Below, piece by piece: positions 19,329 to 29,414 of a DNA stretch of 64,000 nt (the first letter of the stretch is position 1; each line of letters starts with the position of its first letter). This stretch comes from a virus (taxonomy: Duplodnaviria > Caudoviricetes): the IMG/VR virus record IMGVR_UViG_3300009685_000011, positions 14,767-78,766 of that record. One strand, written 5' to 3'. The translations under genes were made by a program, and so were the position numbers. Under the pieces are notes generated by a model. It did no database searches. It saw nothing but the letters and a program-made list of their open reading frames with translations, and was not told the DNA's origin.

Positions 19329-19606
19329 TACGCAAAGATTTTGTTAATATAAATATCGTTTTCACAATCAAAAAGTTCACAAACGTAATAACTACCTATT
19401 TCTACTTTGTTAAAAGTTTCTTCACTTACATATACGTCTAAATATATCCCGTTACTAAAACTTAGTGTTAAATAATACCGTTCGTATTCATCCTGGTAGA
19501 TTTTTCGAGTGAGAAGTCCTCGTTCTTTATAGGGGATACACTCACAAAAGAAAATATAATACAGCACAATAACAATAAGCAAAAAAAGAAGAAACGTGTA
19601 AACCAT
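19328..19606 (-). CDS. Membrane-anchored OB-fold-like small protein
   Basis: N-terminal TM then a beta-rich domain. Confidence 0.55.
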   Translation of the reverse strand: MVYTFLLFLLIVIVLYYIFFCECIPYKERGLLTRKIYQDEYERYYLTLSFSNGIYLDVYVSEETFNKVEIGSYYVCELFDCENDIYINKIFA

Positions 19607-19620
19607 ACCATTATTTTAAG

Positions 19621-20265
19621 TTAAAGAATCTTTTTTGTCTTTTCAATAATTTCAAGTCTTAGTTTGGTCAGTTGTTCGTTTTCATCTTTACCAAGAGCAC
19701 GAATATCCATCACCTTATCTAAACCCCACTTAAACACATCATAGAGTTCTTTACGATCTCCTTCTGTAAATCTTATTGTTGTTTGTTTAGTTACAGAATC
19801 CCAATTTTCTATTGTGATACTATAATACTCAAACAATCGTTTTGCCAAATAGATCACATGCAGTTGATTGTGGAGGTTCTCTTCTGGTAAAGTAGGATAA
19901 CAATTTCTCAAATCCCATCGTACACATCTAAAACGTCTACTTACAAGGTGAGCACAATGACTTCCAGAAGGCTCAAGATGAACTCCAGTAGAGTGGCAAA
20001 TAGGAGGATAAATGTTACGAACCAGTCGAGAAAAAATCATATCTAATTTTTTCTCTGTAATACGTTCTCTTTTAATCCTTCTTTTCTGTTTTGCCTTTTC
20101 TTCCTTAGTTTTCTTTTTGTTCTTCTCTGCTTTTGTAGCACAATTTTGACAACACTTTTTCCTATTACCATCTATGGTAAGGGTTTTCCATAGTGACGGA
20201 AAACCCTTCCCACATAGTTGGCAGATTTTAAGTGTTTGTTTTTTTTGACGTGTCTGCGATTGCAT
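19621..20265 (-). CDS. ninG: NinG/Rap-like junction endonuclease
   Basis: N-terminal CQLC...CCQNC, LDMIFSRLVR, CHS, HCAHLVSR...RWDLRNC pattern. Confidence 0.75.
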   Translation of the reverse strand: MQSQTRQKKQTLKICQLCGKGFPSLWKTLTIDGNRKKCCQNCATKAEKNKKKTKEEKAKQKRRIKRERITEKKLDMIFSRLVRNIYPPICHSTGVHLEPSGSHCAHLVSRRFRCVRWDLRNCYPTLPEENLHNQLHVIYLAKRLFEYYSITIENWDSVTKQTTIRFTEGDRKELYDVFKWGLDKVMDIRALGKDENEQLTKLRLEIIEKTKKIL

Positions 20266-20624
20266 TATGCAACAACGTTAGCGTTAAAATAACGAAGGAG
20301 AGATGCAATTTCTTCAGGGTTTTCTACCTTTTGAAGCATGGGTTGCATCACTTTAACTACTTCTTCGTGTTTAAAGTATTCCTGTGCTTTAGTCTGTTTT
20401 ACTCGAATAGAGTGTTTCAAAGGTACAGGATAAACTTGTTCGGCAACAACATTATATTCAATACCAATATATTCTGTTGTTGTAGTTTGTTTTTCTCCTT
20501 CTTTTTCTTCTTCTTTAGTGATGACTACGTGACTAAACCTCATAATATTAGAGGCTCCTGTAGGTGTAAAGAAAGTGACGTGGTACCCTTCTTCAGGGAT
20601 ACTCATAGTTGTTTTAATATACAT
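20265..20624 (-). CDS. Hypothetical protein
   Basis: Intact coupled ORF. Confidence 0.6.
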   Translation of the reverse strand: MYIKTTMSIPEEGYHVTFFTPTGASNIMRFSHVVITKEEEKEGEKQTTTTEYIGIEYNVVAEQVYPVPLKHSIRVKQTKAQEYFKHEEVVKVMQPMLQKVENPEEIASLLRYFNANVVA

Positions 20625-20631
20625 ATAGTAG

Positions 20632-20847
20632 TTATTTAGATAAACATTTTTCAGCCTCTGGCTTATGCCTAAGTATTTCTTTAAGAAATTCTTTTACTTG
20701 CTTGGGATCAATTCCAATTGAGTTTACTGTAGAGTTTCCATAATGATATTGGCTTAATTCTATTGTACCATTGTAGTAAGCAACTTGAATTGGTTGCTCT
20801 TTCCCGTTGTGGAAAACAAAAGAAGGCACTGTTACTAAATCTGTCAT
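20632..20847 (-). CDS. Hypothetical protein
   Basis: Intact coupled ORF. Confidence 0.6.
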   Translation of the reverse strand: MTDLVTVPSFVFHNGKEQPIQVAYYNGTIELSQYHYGNSTVNSIGIDPKQVKEFLKEILRHKPEAEKCLSK

Positions 20848-21242
20848 AATTCGTTAGATGGTAAATTAACATGTAATTCTTCAGCGGCAAATATATATAC
20901 CCTTTGCATAAAGTCTGACATTTCTTGTTTGTTTAATTTAGAGGTCTCTGGTGGAATAGAGTAAGTATGTCCGTCTATTTCTTTTTCTTCGCATCCCAAA
21001 AACTTGCATTTCAACCAGTATTTGACCACTTCATTATCTTCTCCTATTTCACTGCTAATAATATTAATCCACTTATGAAACAAAGCATTTTGATTCAGAG
21101 ACCTTTTGCGAGAGATAGTAATAACCATTTCTGCATTTAAGGGAGTCTCTCTAAGAAAAGAATAATACTCTCCCTTAGGAAATTCTAAAGAAGGTAATCC
21201 TTCTCTTTCTTTTCTAATTGCTTTTAGGGTTATTTCGTTCAT
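20844..21242 (-). CDS. ninB: NinB/Orf-like recombination protein
   Basis: RKRSLNQNALFHKW...WLKCKFLG...TSKLNKQEMSDFMQRV...NLP. Confidence 0.8.
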   Translation of the reverse strand: MNEITLKAIRKEREGLPSLEFPKGEYYSFLRETPLNAEMVITISRKRSLNQNALFHKWINIISSEIGEDNEVVKYWLKCKFLGCEEKEIDGHTYSIPPETSKLNKQEMSDFMQRVYIFAAEELHVNLPSNEL

Positions 21243-21807
21243 TCTTTTCTCTTTTAATATCTACCCAAAGCACAGCCTGTAAAGCAGAAGCAATTATTTT
21301 ATGTTCGACTGCTTGTTCTTGAATAATAAGTTCAAGATCACGATACCTCTTTGGAGTAAGATAAATTCCAGGAATCAAATCTTTTTGAATGTGAGTATCT
21401 ATAGTAACGTGATTCGAAGTTGTTGGGTAGACTATGTTGTGATAGAAATTTTTAGTCTTGGGGCCATTTAATATTTTTTGTATGAATCTGTCTTTTTCAT
21501 CATCAGAATGAACCAAAACCATATCTGAGAATAACTGTGTTGCTCTTTTCTTTTGAAGACTGAACGTACCACAGTTTTGACATTCACACCACTCTCGCAC
21601 AAGTCTTTGGTTCATTTCCCAAGATTTCATTGGGGAAAACAAAGCAGTAAGACCTGCTACTAATCTTATAGGTAAGTCGTGCTCTTTTGCAAGACTTTCA
21701 CAAAAACTATTTGCTCTTGGGTACCAAGAAATACCCTCTTGTAAAACTTGGGGAGAGGCCCCTAAGAACCTCTCCCTTATTTTATTCTCGATTAAATTGA
21801 AACTCAT
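21214..21807 (-). CDS. Conserved phage protein, possible HhH-glycosylase-like fold
   Basis: WYPRA...AGLTALFSP..SWEMN...GPKTKNFYHNI..P...VTIDTH family; fold assignment is recall/inference. Confidence 0.55.
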   Translation of the reverse strand: MSFNLIENKIRERFLGASPQVLQEGISWYPRANSFCESLAKEHDLPIRLVAGLTALFSPMKSWEMNQRLVREWCECQNCGTFSLQKKRATQLFSDMVLVHSDDEKDRFIQKILNGPKTKNFYHNIVYPTTSNHVTIDTHIQKDLIPGIYLTPKRYRDLELIIQEQAVEHKIIASALQAVLWVDIKREKNERNNPKSN

Positions 21808-21817
21808 CTAAAAGTGA

Positions 21818-22972
21818 TTAAACTTTAATTACGCGATCAGAAACATCAGGTACCATTACTTTAGAAATATTGGAAAACATTTCTTTAAAGTTAATATCAG
21901 GAACTTCTTTTAAAAGGGTGTGTTTAATTCCTCCTACGGCAAAGTTATCTTCATCGGCAATAAGAGACTGAAGGGTTTGTTGGTGATCTTGATACAATTG
22001 TTCAATCATATCTTCGATTTCAGGAGTCAATTCAAAGTCGTTAATTTCTTTAATTTCACAAAGAGGTGTGAGTGCTTGAACGCGAAGTTTAGAATTATCG
22101 CTGTACGGAGCATGAAGTACGTGCATCGGGTTGAATATAACAGCCAAACGTACATCACCATATCCGTAGTCATAGTAACGACCAGAGTGAACATGAAGTC
22201 CTGCACTACATTCGGTGGATGAAAAATCACACTCTTCAACTGGAAGTCGTGATTCTTTACCAAGATAGTATTTCATCCTTCCGTTTTTACCGGAATGTAC
22301 ACTTTCATAATCTGTGTTACTGCCCATATTTGCGTATAGTTCTTTCAAGCTACCTTCACAAGAACTCCCTACGGCGTTTGTTAAAGACAGTTCTCCATAA
22401 ACGTTTTTAAAAACATTTACATTAGTGCTTTTTTTGGTTTTACGAATTCTTTCGTAATTTTCTTTTACGAATTGATTGAGTTCTGAATTAGAGTTTAACT
22501 TGTTTGCACGACGAAATGCTACTACAAAACCTTGTTTCGTAATAAGCATTTTATTAGCCCTCACATAATTATAGAAACTTTCTCTTGATTCAGCAGTTCG
22601 AATTAGAGAAGTCCATGCCCAAAACTTATCGAGTTTAGCAAGTTCCTCTGTACTTTCAGAGTCTATGCAAAACTTGATTCGCTCTGCAAGAACACGAGGA
22701 ATAGCAACAGGAATTCCAACACGAAACAATTCATTTTCTTCCCAATAAAAATCAGGATGTTCAACCTTGATTTTATTGTTACTCTCAACGATTACATCTA
22801 CTTCTCGTTTAATCTCTTCAGATTTTGGATAAAGAAGACATACGACTTCTTCTGGAGTAGGATTCTCCAGGTTAATAATTTGTACTGCTACTTCTTTTGG
22901 ACAGTTAGCAGTAAAAATGGTTCCGTCATCGAAAATAACGGTAATGGATGAACTTGAATAATTTACTTGCAT
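21818..22972 (-). CDS. rIIB: rIIB-like protein
   Basis: FYNYVRANKMLITKQGFVVAFRR, CSAGLHV and NPMHV...DNSKLRV motifs; directly downstream of rIIA. Confidence 0.8.
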   Translation of the reverse strand: MQVNYSSSSITVIFDDGTIFTANCPKEVAVQIINLENPTPEEVVCLLYPKSEEIKREVDVIVESNNKIKVEHPDFYWEENELFRVGIPVAIPRVLAERIKFCIDSESTEELAKLDKFWAWTSLIRTAESRESFYNYVRANKMLITKQGFVVAFRRANKLNSNSELNQFVKENYERIRKTKKSTNVNVFKNVYGELSLTNAVGSSCEGSLKELYANMGSNTDYESVHSGKNGRMKYYLGKESRLPVEECDFSSTECSAGLHVHSGRYYDYGYGDVRLAVIFNPMHVLHAPYSDNSKLRVQALTPLCEIKEINDFELTPEIEDMIEQLYQDHQQTLQSLIADEDNFAVGGIKHTLLKEVPDINFKEMFSNISKVMVPDVSDRVIKV

Positions 22973-25101
22973 TTATCTTTTAATTGAGTGAACATTCTTT
23001 TGTAATAATCTCGACCTTTCATATAAGAAAGAAACGTAGTAAATTCCTTGTCTTTATGGTCAACTACTTTAAGAACGGGCCTTAACTTTAGTAATTCAGA
23101 TTTTACAAACTCCCACTCCTTAAGAATAGGTTCATCTAACAAGTTATTAGCCTTAAAAGTTTCTACCAGAGACTTCATCACCGAGTCATTGTTAAAAGCA
23201 TTTCGTTTCGCTAAATACTTTTCTATGTTCAGCATTGATCTCTTCAAAGACTCGTTTCTTAGTCGACTTCCTTTAAAATCCAGTTTTTTATTGCCTGTAG
23301 AGTAACTATATGTTGCACACTTTTCCCACAGGTTTCCAACAGTACCTTTTAGGTCTTCATATATTATATAAGCAGTGACCCACTTTTTTGCTAATTTAGT
23401 GCCACCTTTCATAAATTTTTCAACGGTCATTGCGTTTTTCACCTTTTCTAAAATTTTTGCATCTGCTTGCGACACTCGTGCAAGAATAAAATTAGATTTT
23501 TTATTAAGAGGGTATAAACTCTCAAGTTCAGACTTTCGAGTACCATAGATAATTAACTTCTTAGGTAAATTATCTAAAGAGAAAGATTGTGGAGATGTCA
23601 CATAATCAAATCTGTTGTCGTAAGGTAAGTGAAGTACTAACTCTTCTGCACTACGATTTATAGACGTTCTTGATCCTTTTTTATTAGTACTTTGAAATTT
23701 CTCTATTTCTGGAAGATAGTTAGAAAGTCTGTTTGGAAAAGTATCTTTTACTTTTTGACACTCTTGCTGAATCCAGGTTATACACTCTCTCCATTTTTCT
23801 CTTGGTACACTATATGTCTTTAAGTAACGGTAGTAAAAATTCCAAAGTTTTAAATCTTGTTTTTCAGAAAAGAAAGATCTATACCCAGTTTGTTTGTCTC
23901 TAAAATACTGCTTGTGAATGTTCTTAAAAGGAATATCCAAAAAAACATCTTTAGATGAAAAATGACAATATCCTGACGAAGGTTCTAATTTACTGTACCG
24001 TTGATAAGTACAATAAGGTAACATATATCCTATAATATCAAACGCTACCTTAACAGTAAAGTAGTCATTTTGAAAATACTTACGTTCTTTTATTTCAAAA
24101 TACTCCATTAGGGTAACTAATGGTTTTTTATCAATACGAACTTCTACCTCACCTACTTTTAGAGACCGTATGTTTTGATCTAAATACTTATAATAGTGAA
24201 CAATACTATCAGTTGGTGTTTTTATCAACCCTACTATTTCTTCTACAGCCTTACGAGTTTTATCTAATATTTTCTGAATTGTAGTATCATCCAGAACAAG
24301 ATTTTCTCGTGAAGGAGTTGGAACTAATCCGTCATTAAGACCAAATTTTATTCCAAAAGGAATATCTACATTAGGTAAACCCAAGTCTACAGTATTGATT
24401 GTGTACGCAACTTGATCTAATACGATATGAAATCCATCTAAAGGTAAAGTAGACCACAAAAAGTTCTCACCCTCAATAATCTTTCTTTGGTTAAAGGATT
24501 CATTAGAAGTGTGAACACCTTTAAAGTATACCAGCGTTTCTTCTAAAGCGTTATTCCAGTTTGAATAATCTCCAGATTTAATAGGTACTGTAACCAAAGT
24601 ACCATTTGATTCATCACACTCTGTTTCGGATACTTTGAGAACTTGTTTTTTAGAACCGTTCTTTTGAATGATCCAGGTTCTCTTTACTTTGTCTTTAACA
24701 CTTTCTATAGTAAATTGAGATGTATAACTCAAAGGAGAATAAATACCAATACCGAAACACCCTAAAGTGTTAGCAGATGCTTCTTTTGTAGAAGCACCTG
24801 CCTTGCTTATGGTTTTCATTCTTTCGTCATCAATACCCTCTCCACTGTCCTTTACCCAAAACTTATACATATCAAGACCTACTGCAATAGGACTGACTAA
24901 ACTATCTACTCCTGCTTGTACTTGAGTATCAAGAGCATTTGAGCAAAGTTCTCTAATAGTAGATGCTACAGGAAACTTATAATTTCCTTCAAGTAGCATC
25001 CAAAGAACCTTGTCTAAATCTGCTTGATCTAAAGATACATCCGAGGTTTCAAAATTTCCTTTGGTTAGAACATCTCCCTCTCTGTTTCTTTGTATAATCA
25101 T
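22963..25101 (-). CDS. rIIA: rIIA-like protein with N-terminal GHKL/HSP90-type ATPase
   Basis: IRELCSNALD, VKDSGEGI, GCFGIG and GTLVTVP GHKL motifs; PSRENL; 712 aa. Confidence 0.85.
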   Translation of the reverse strand: MIIQRNREGDVLTKGNFETSDVSLDQADLDKVLWMLLEGNYKFPVASTIRELCSNALDTQVQAGVDSLVSPIAVGLDMYKFWVKDSGEGIDDERMKTISKAGASTKEASANTLGCFGIGIYSPLSYTSQFTIESVKDKVKRTWIIQKNGSKKQVLKVSETECDESNGTLVTVPIKSGDYSNWNNALEETLVYFKGVHTSNESFNQRKIIEGENFLWSTLPLDGFHIVLDQVAYTINTVDLGLPNVDIPFGIKFGLNDGLVPTPSRENLVLDDTTIQKILDKTRKAVEEIVGLIKTPTDSIVHYYKYLDQNIRSLKVGEVEVRIDKKPLVTLMEYFEIKERKYFQNDYFTVKVAFDIIGYMLPYCTYQRYSKLEPSSGYCHFSSKDVFLDIPFKNIHKQYFRDKQTGYRSFFSEKQDLKLWNFYYRYLKTYSVPREKWRECITWIQQECQKVKDTFPNRLSNYLPEIEKFQSTNKKGSRTSINRSAEELVLHLPYDNRFDYVTSPQSFSLDNLPKKLIIYGTRKSELESLYPLNKKSNFILARVSQADAKILEKVKNAMTVEKFMKGGTKLAKKWVTAYIIYEDLKGTVGNLWEKCATYSYSTGNKKLDFKGSRLRNESLKRSMLNIEKYLAKRNAFNNDSVMKSLVETFKANNLLDEPILKEWEFVKSELLKLRPVLKVVDHKDKEFTTFLSYMKGRDYYKRMFTQLKDKCK

Positions 25102-25430
25102 ATTTCTTCAAAAATAAATTTAGGTGGTAATGAAGGAATTCTAATACTATATCCGTTTTTTACACTAACTACAGTAATAGAGTTTACTAAATTATTCCAC
25201 CAGTTATAAGATTCTTCATCTCGAAATGTTAACTCTACTTCTTCACAACCTTTTATAGTTTGAATACCTAAGTACAAATCATTCATTCTTTTTTGAACTA
25301 AACATTTAGCCTGCGCTAAAGAAAGATTCTTATAAGTACCACCTGCTAAATATCCAGCAACTAACTTAGGGTTACCTAATAATTTAAAGGCTGAGGTATC
25401 TTGTAATGTTTCGTTACCTAAAACAAACAT
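25098..25430 (-). CDS. Hypothetical protein
   Basis: Intact coupled ORF. Confidence 0.6.
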   Translation of the reverse strand: MFVLGNETLQDTSAFKLLGNPKLVAGYLAGGTYKNLSLAQAKCLVQKRMNDLYLGIQTIKGCEEVELTFRDEESYNWWNNLVNSITVVSVKNGYSIRIPSLPPKFIFEEI

Positions 25431-25433
25431 ATA

Positions 25434-26156
25434 CTATGCAAGAATTAGTTTATTTTGGGTAATCTCTTCGTATGCGTCTATAAAGAAGGTTTGAACACCT
25501 TGTTGAGTTTGGAAGTAATTAAAGGGGTGTGTATCTTTAATAGCGTGTGTAAAATGCTGATACAGAGAGTTAAGACTTTCCGGGTTGTAGTCGTATTTAA
25601 AAGAGGGTTCTTCCAACTCTTTACGAATTTTAGACACTTGTTCCGGGATAAGTAGATTTTCTTCAAAGATAGCACGACCTGCAAGTTCTGCCATTTCTCT
25701 GCGAGTCAGATTAACGTAGTCAAAAGCATTCCAAATAGTCTGTGCGTTAGTAACTTGACTTGTTTGAAGATCAAAAACTCCTTTAAAGAACTCGTACATA
25801 TCTTCTCTAACACCAGTTACATGACGCTCTTGTAGTTTGTAAGGAGCCATGATTTGAAGATTATAACATATCCAACTAATTGCACCACCTCCGCAACGAA
25901 GAGAAAGAGTTTTATTATAAGAGTTCAAGACTGCTACTTGAAACCCAAATTTGGGATTCCCTGTATCAAAATGAAACCTCATTCGTTGAACTTCACCTTT
26001 TTGTTTTGTGTCAAATTCTTCTTTACGAAGGTAAAGACCCTTGTAACTTACAAATTGGTCAATCGTGTCAAAGATAAGAGCAGAAGAAACAGGTTTATAG
26101 TGACTGGTTTCTTCTGGAACTGGAATTGAAATAAGTTCTGAACGTGTAGTAGTCAT
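25434..26156 (-). CDS. DUF932-like protein
   Basis: HYKPVS...NSYNKTLS..CGGG...ICYN...H...SLYQHFTH pattern, common in crAss-like phages. Confidence 0.7.
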   Translation of the reverse strand: MTTTRSELISIPVPEETSHYKPVSSALIFDTIDQFVSYKGLYLRKEEFDTKQKGEVQRMRFHFDTGNPKFGFQVAVLNSYNKTLSLRCGGGAISWICYNLQIMAPYKLQERHVTGVREDMYEFFKGVFDLQTSQVTNAQTIWNAFDYVNLTRREMAELAGRAIFEENLLIPEQVSKIRKELEEPSFKYDYNPESLNSLYQHFTHAIKDTHPFNYFQTQQGVQTFFIDAYEEITQNKLILA

Positions 26157-26274
26157 TGTTTTAAATTTTAAATTTTAAAAATGTCGTCGATTTTTTTGAA
26201 AGGAATATAGTTGGTCAGATCATCCACGATACATTGGATGAATTGATCCCATTCTGTAATACCTGTAAACGTCA

Positions 26275-26472
26275 TTATGCTTTGATTTGATGTTCTTTAA
26301 TAACTTCTTGAAGTTCGTCCTGGAGCATCGGGGACACTTCAAATTCTGTAACATAGTCTTCTCCAATTATCATGTTGTCTACGTCAATTACGGTGACTTC
26401 AAGATGCGTGTTTGAATGAACTTCTGCTACATTTCCTCCACTAACCAGTATAAGAATTTTATTGCTTTCCAT
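26275..26472 (-). CDS. Hypothetical protein
   Basis: Intact coupled ORF. Confidence 0.6.
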   Translation of the reverse strand: MESNKILILVSGGNVAEVHSNTHLEVTVIDVDNMIIGEDYVTEFEVSPMLQDELQEVIKEHQIKA

Positions 26473-26704
26473 CTACAATCAGTTTTATTTTGTCCCACAA
26501 ATTATTAAATACTTCTGGATAAGTCTCTTCTCCATGTTCCAATAAAGATGGAGATATTACTTCTCTCCTAAGAAAAAGATCATTACCATTGTCTTTGTTA
26601 ATATAGATACAAAGCCAATGACTATCTCCTTCGTAAAAACGCACTACACAAGGAAATCTTTTTCCTTGTATGCTAAATTCAACTTTATAATATTTAGGTA
26701 TCAT
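26459..26704 (-). CDS. Hypothetical protein
   Basis: Intact coupled ORF. Confidence 0.6.
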   Translation of the reverse strand: MIPKYYKVEFSIQGKRFPCVVRFYEGDSHWLCIYINKDNGNDLFLRREVISPSLLEHGEETYPEVFNNLWDKIKLIVDGKQ

Positions 26705-26706
26705 TA

Positions 26707-27396
26707 TTAGTTTTTAAACGACGAAACGATTTCTTTCTCTTTGTCTTTGCTATACTTATAATTAAGAATTTCATCTTGTGCAAACCAAGTAATATCATAT
26801 TCTCTTGGGTCATCAGGAATATCATCTACACCAAAGTATTCATTGATAGTGTTTTTAAGATATTGTTTTCCAATATCTTCTTTTGTTAGTACCGCATAAA
26901 TATAATTGCGGTATTTTTTACCCTTAATAGTTATAAGTTCAGGTATACCTAAGTCTTTAAGTTGTTCTTTTCGATACATTTTAGAATATTCTGACTTCCA
27001 AAATTTACTGTAAGAACTCTCATAAGACTTAAGATTGAAGACTATACAATGTTGATTTTTACCAAACCAGTAATCATCGAAATAATACTTATTGGTTCTG
27101 ACCCACATTAAATAATCTTTGAATCTTTTTTTACCCTGGTTTATATCAAGATAAAATCTTTTAGATTCGTTATAGGCTCCGTTAACATCGAACACTAAAA
27201 ATAAATGATGACCTTTTTCAAATCCTTTGGCTCGGTAATACATTATATCTCCTATCCCTACATGAAGTAGAGAATTTAACATGGAATATCCAAGTCCATA
27301 ATTTGTTAAAGAGTCCATTTGTTTCAAAAAAATACTCCCACAGGTGTTCAACTGCGGGAGTAAGAATTTCACTGAATGATTTTTTCGATACCTCAC
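26707..27396 (-). CDS. Conserved hypothetical protein adjacent to the PD-(D/E)XK nuclease
   Basis: Intact 229-aa ORF; position and F..SEYSKMY motif recall a crAss-like conserved gene. Confidence 0.65.
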   Translation of the reverse strand: MRYRKNHSVKFLLPQLNTCGSIFLKQMDSLTNYGLGYSMLNSLLHVGIGDIMYYRAKGFEKGHHLFLVFDVNGAYNESKRFYLDINQGKKRFKDYLMWVRTNKYYFDDYWFGKNQHCIVFNLKSYESSYSKFWKSEYSKMYRKEQLKDLGIPELITIKGKKYRNYIYAVLTKEDIGKQYLKNTINEYFGVDDIPDDPREYDITWFAQDEILNYKYSKDKEKEIVSSFKN

Positions 27397-27402
27397 AAAA
27401 AT

Positions 27403-28473
27403 TTAATTAGTAAAAAATAGGTCGTCTGTTAAATCTTCGGTTATTTTTCCTTGGGTTTGCTCATACATCCAATTATAGTCCAGTATACCTTTTTTCGTAA
27501 AGTGCTTATACCGACGCAATGCTTCATCCCAACCATAATAATTTTTCAAGTAAGTTACAGTATCTAAGTAAGGTACATCAAAAGACTTTTCTTCACTATA
27601 GCCGTATTTTCCTACGCTTAAAAGATTGTTACTACAATTTATAACAAAAGGAGTAAACTTGGTTCCGTTAGTAGGAATAACTACCCACCGACAAAGTACT
27701 TTGTATCCGTCATCAATTAAAGGACTAAAATTGTTTAGAATACCTTTCAAGTAAAAAGACATTTGAAAAGGATACATCTTTTGACGACAGATTTTAAACC
27801 ACTCTTCTATTGTATTCACTCCGGTAGATTTAAGATCAACCAAATAAATAGTTTTAGTCTCTTCTTCGATTATCACCAGGTCAGCAAGTCCTTTACAAGG
27901 TACTTCACCTTCGTTCCAATAGATAGCCCGCTGATAATATTTATCTGCGTTAGGCTGGTCTATAAAATACTTTCCTGTAAGTTCGTGACTCAAAGTAAGA
28001 GCAGCAAGGTTTTCACATTTTACTTTTTCTTCGTAGGTAATAATAGACCTTCCTTCTGCTTTAAGCATAAACTCCCAATACTCTGCACCGTCTTTTTCAA
28101 TAGAGTTCCACAGAGCATCATCCCCCCATTTAGGTTGATAACCAGATCCCCTAACAATAGGGATTAAGACTTCTTTGTAGTCTTTAAGTTCTCCTAAATT
28201 ACTGACTGAATCAGTACTTACAAGTATCTCAAGTAGAGTATTTAAGAACCCCCTAATGTTTTCAGAGGGTCTTTTACTCAAATCTTCTATAAAAAGATCA
28301 TCTTTGAGATGTGGAGAGGTTAATACGCAATCGAGGTAACTCCCGATCAATACCGGAACTGTTTCTTTAAAAGGCTTAGTATCATTTACTAATACTTTTT
28401 TAAGAAACGATTGAGATACTCTATCACTATCTCTGTAGGTTTTAAGCGTTACTAAATCTGTGTAAATATTCAT
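27403..28473 (-). CDS. PD-(D/E)XK exonuclease (RecE/Cas4-like superfamily)
   Basis: SQSFLK, IGSYLD, PCKGLAD-L...VDLKS and YPFQMSFY motifs. Confidence 0.8.
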   Translation of the reverse strand: MNIYTDLVTLKTYRDSDRVSQSFLKKVLVNDTKPFKETVPVLIGSYLDCVLTSPHLKDDLFIEDLSKRPSENIRGFLNTLLEILVSTDSVSNLGELKDYKEVLIPIVRGSGYQPKWGDDALWNSIEKDGAEYWEFMLKAEGRSIITYEEKVKCENLAALTLSHELTGKYFIDQPNADKYYQRAIYWNEGEVPCKGLADLVIIEEETKTIYLVDLKSTGVNTIEEWFKICRQKMYPFQMSFYLKGILNNFSPLIDDGYKVLCRWVVIPTNGTKFTPFVINCSNNLLSVGKYGYSEEKSFDVPYLDTVTYLKNYYGWDEALRRYKHFTKKGILDYNWMYEQTQGKITEDLTDDLFFTN

Positions 28474-28886
28474 AGATTGACAAGTTCGGGGTTTTCATAT
28501 ATATTTCCTATTACTTCAATTATATGTTGATAGTTGAACTGGTCAACTATAGCATCCCCAGCATAATTAATTATATCTACAAATTCTAAATTTAGATAAC
28601 CAAAACAACAAAACCCTTGATGCCACGCAATTGCATAAGTGTGTATTTCATCATAATCTGGTAATGCTACCTTTACAATATCTCCTTCATACATCCCTTT
28701 ACCATGTCTATCTATAACTCCAGTAAATTGCATTAGATGATACTTTTCTATTAAACGATTTTTTGCTTCCCAAAACCGAGTCCAAGCATCATCATTAATT
28801 TGATATTGTGGAGACAGTCCATATTGCTGATTTTCATACAACATTTGATTACCATCCCACACTCTAAACTTAATTGTTCTGTTCAT
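28470..28886 (-). CDS. YopX family protein
   Basis: IKFRVWD, LMQFTG..D..GK.MYEGDIV, EVIGNIYENPELV. Confidence 0.9.
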   Translation of the reverse strand: MNRTIKFRVWDGNQMLYENQQYGLSPQYQINDDAWTRFWEAKNRLIEKYHLMQFTGVIDRHGKGMYEGDIVKVALPDYDEIHTYAIAWHQGFCCFGYLNLEFVDIINYAGDAIVDQFNYQHIIEVIGNIYENPELVNL

Positions 28887-29196
28887 CTTCTAATTGTTCT
28901 GTAATTGTTAATTCAGGTACTAATAGTTCATAATTTCCACCATAGAAATAATAACCATTTCTTATTGCTTTTGCTTCTAAAGTCTGCACATATCCTATAC
29001 TTGTAATTTCAGATATATTTAAACTTTCAGATTTATGTAAAAGAGGCTTGTCTTCTGAAGCAGACATAAACCATTGAGATATAACAATGTTTTCTTCCTC
29101 TACGGAGGCCACAAGGAGGGTAAAACCACAAGGTTTGCACCACTTACCATTAGAAAGACACCTGTATCCCATCTGTTTAAGGAACATTTCTATCAT
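28870..29196 (-). CDS. Hypothetical protein
   Basis: Intact coupled ORF. Confidence 0.6.
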   Translation of the reverse strand: MIEMFLKQMGYRCLSNGKWCKPCGFTLLVASVEEENIVISQWFMSASEDKPLLHKSESLNISEITSIGYVQTLEAKAIRNGYYFYGGNYELLVPELTITEQLEDEQNN

Positions 29197-29414
29197 TTAG
29201 CCTTAAAATCAGAAATAATAAACCAAACAAAACCAATTAGTACAAGTAAAATGCTCGTACTAATTGAAACAGCAGTACTACCTGCGTCACCTAAACCTAT
29301 TTTTATACACAGTAGATACATAAAACCTCCAATAAAAGGAGCCAGTATTATTATAATCACAACCAGTAAGTTTATATATTTTTTGTTCATAATTACAGAT
29401 TTACAGATAAACAA
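29193..29414 (-). CDS. Small two-TM membrane protein
   Basis: Two hydrophobic helices. Confidence 0.6.
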   Translation of the reverse strand: MFICKSVIMNKKYINLLVVIIIILAPFIGGFMYLLCIKIGLGDAGSTAVSISTSILLVLIGFVWFIISDFKAK

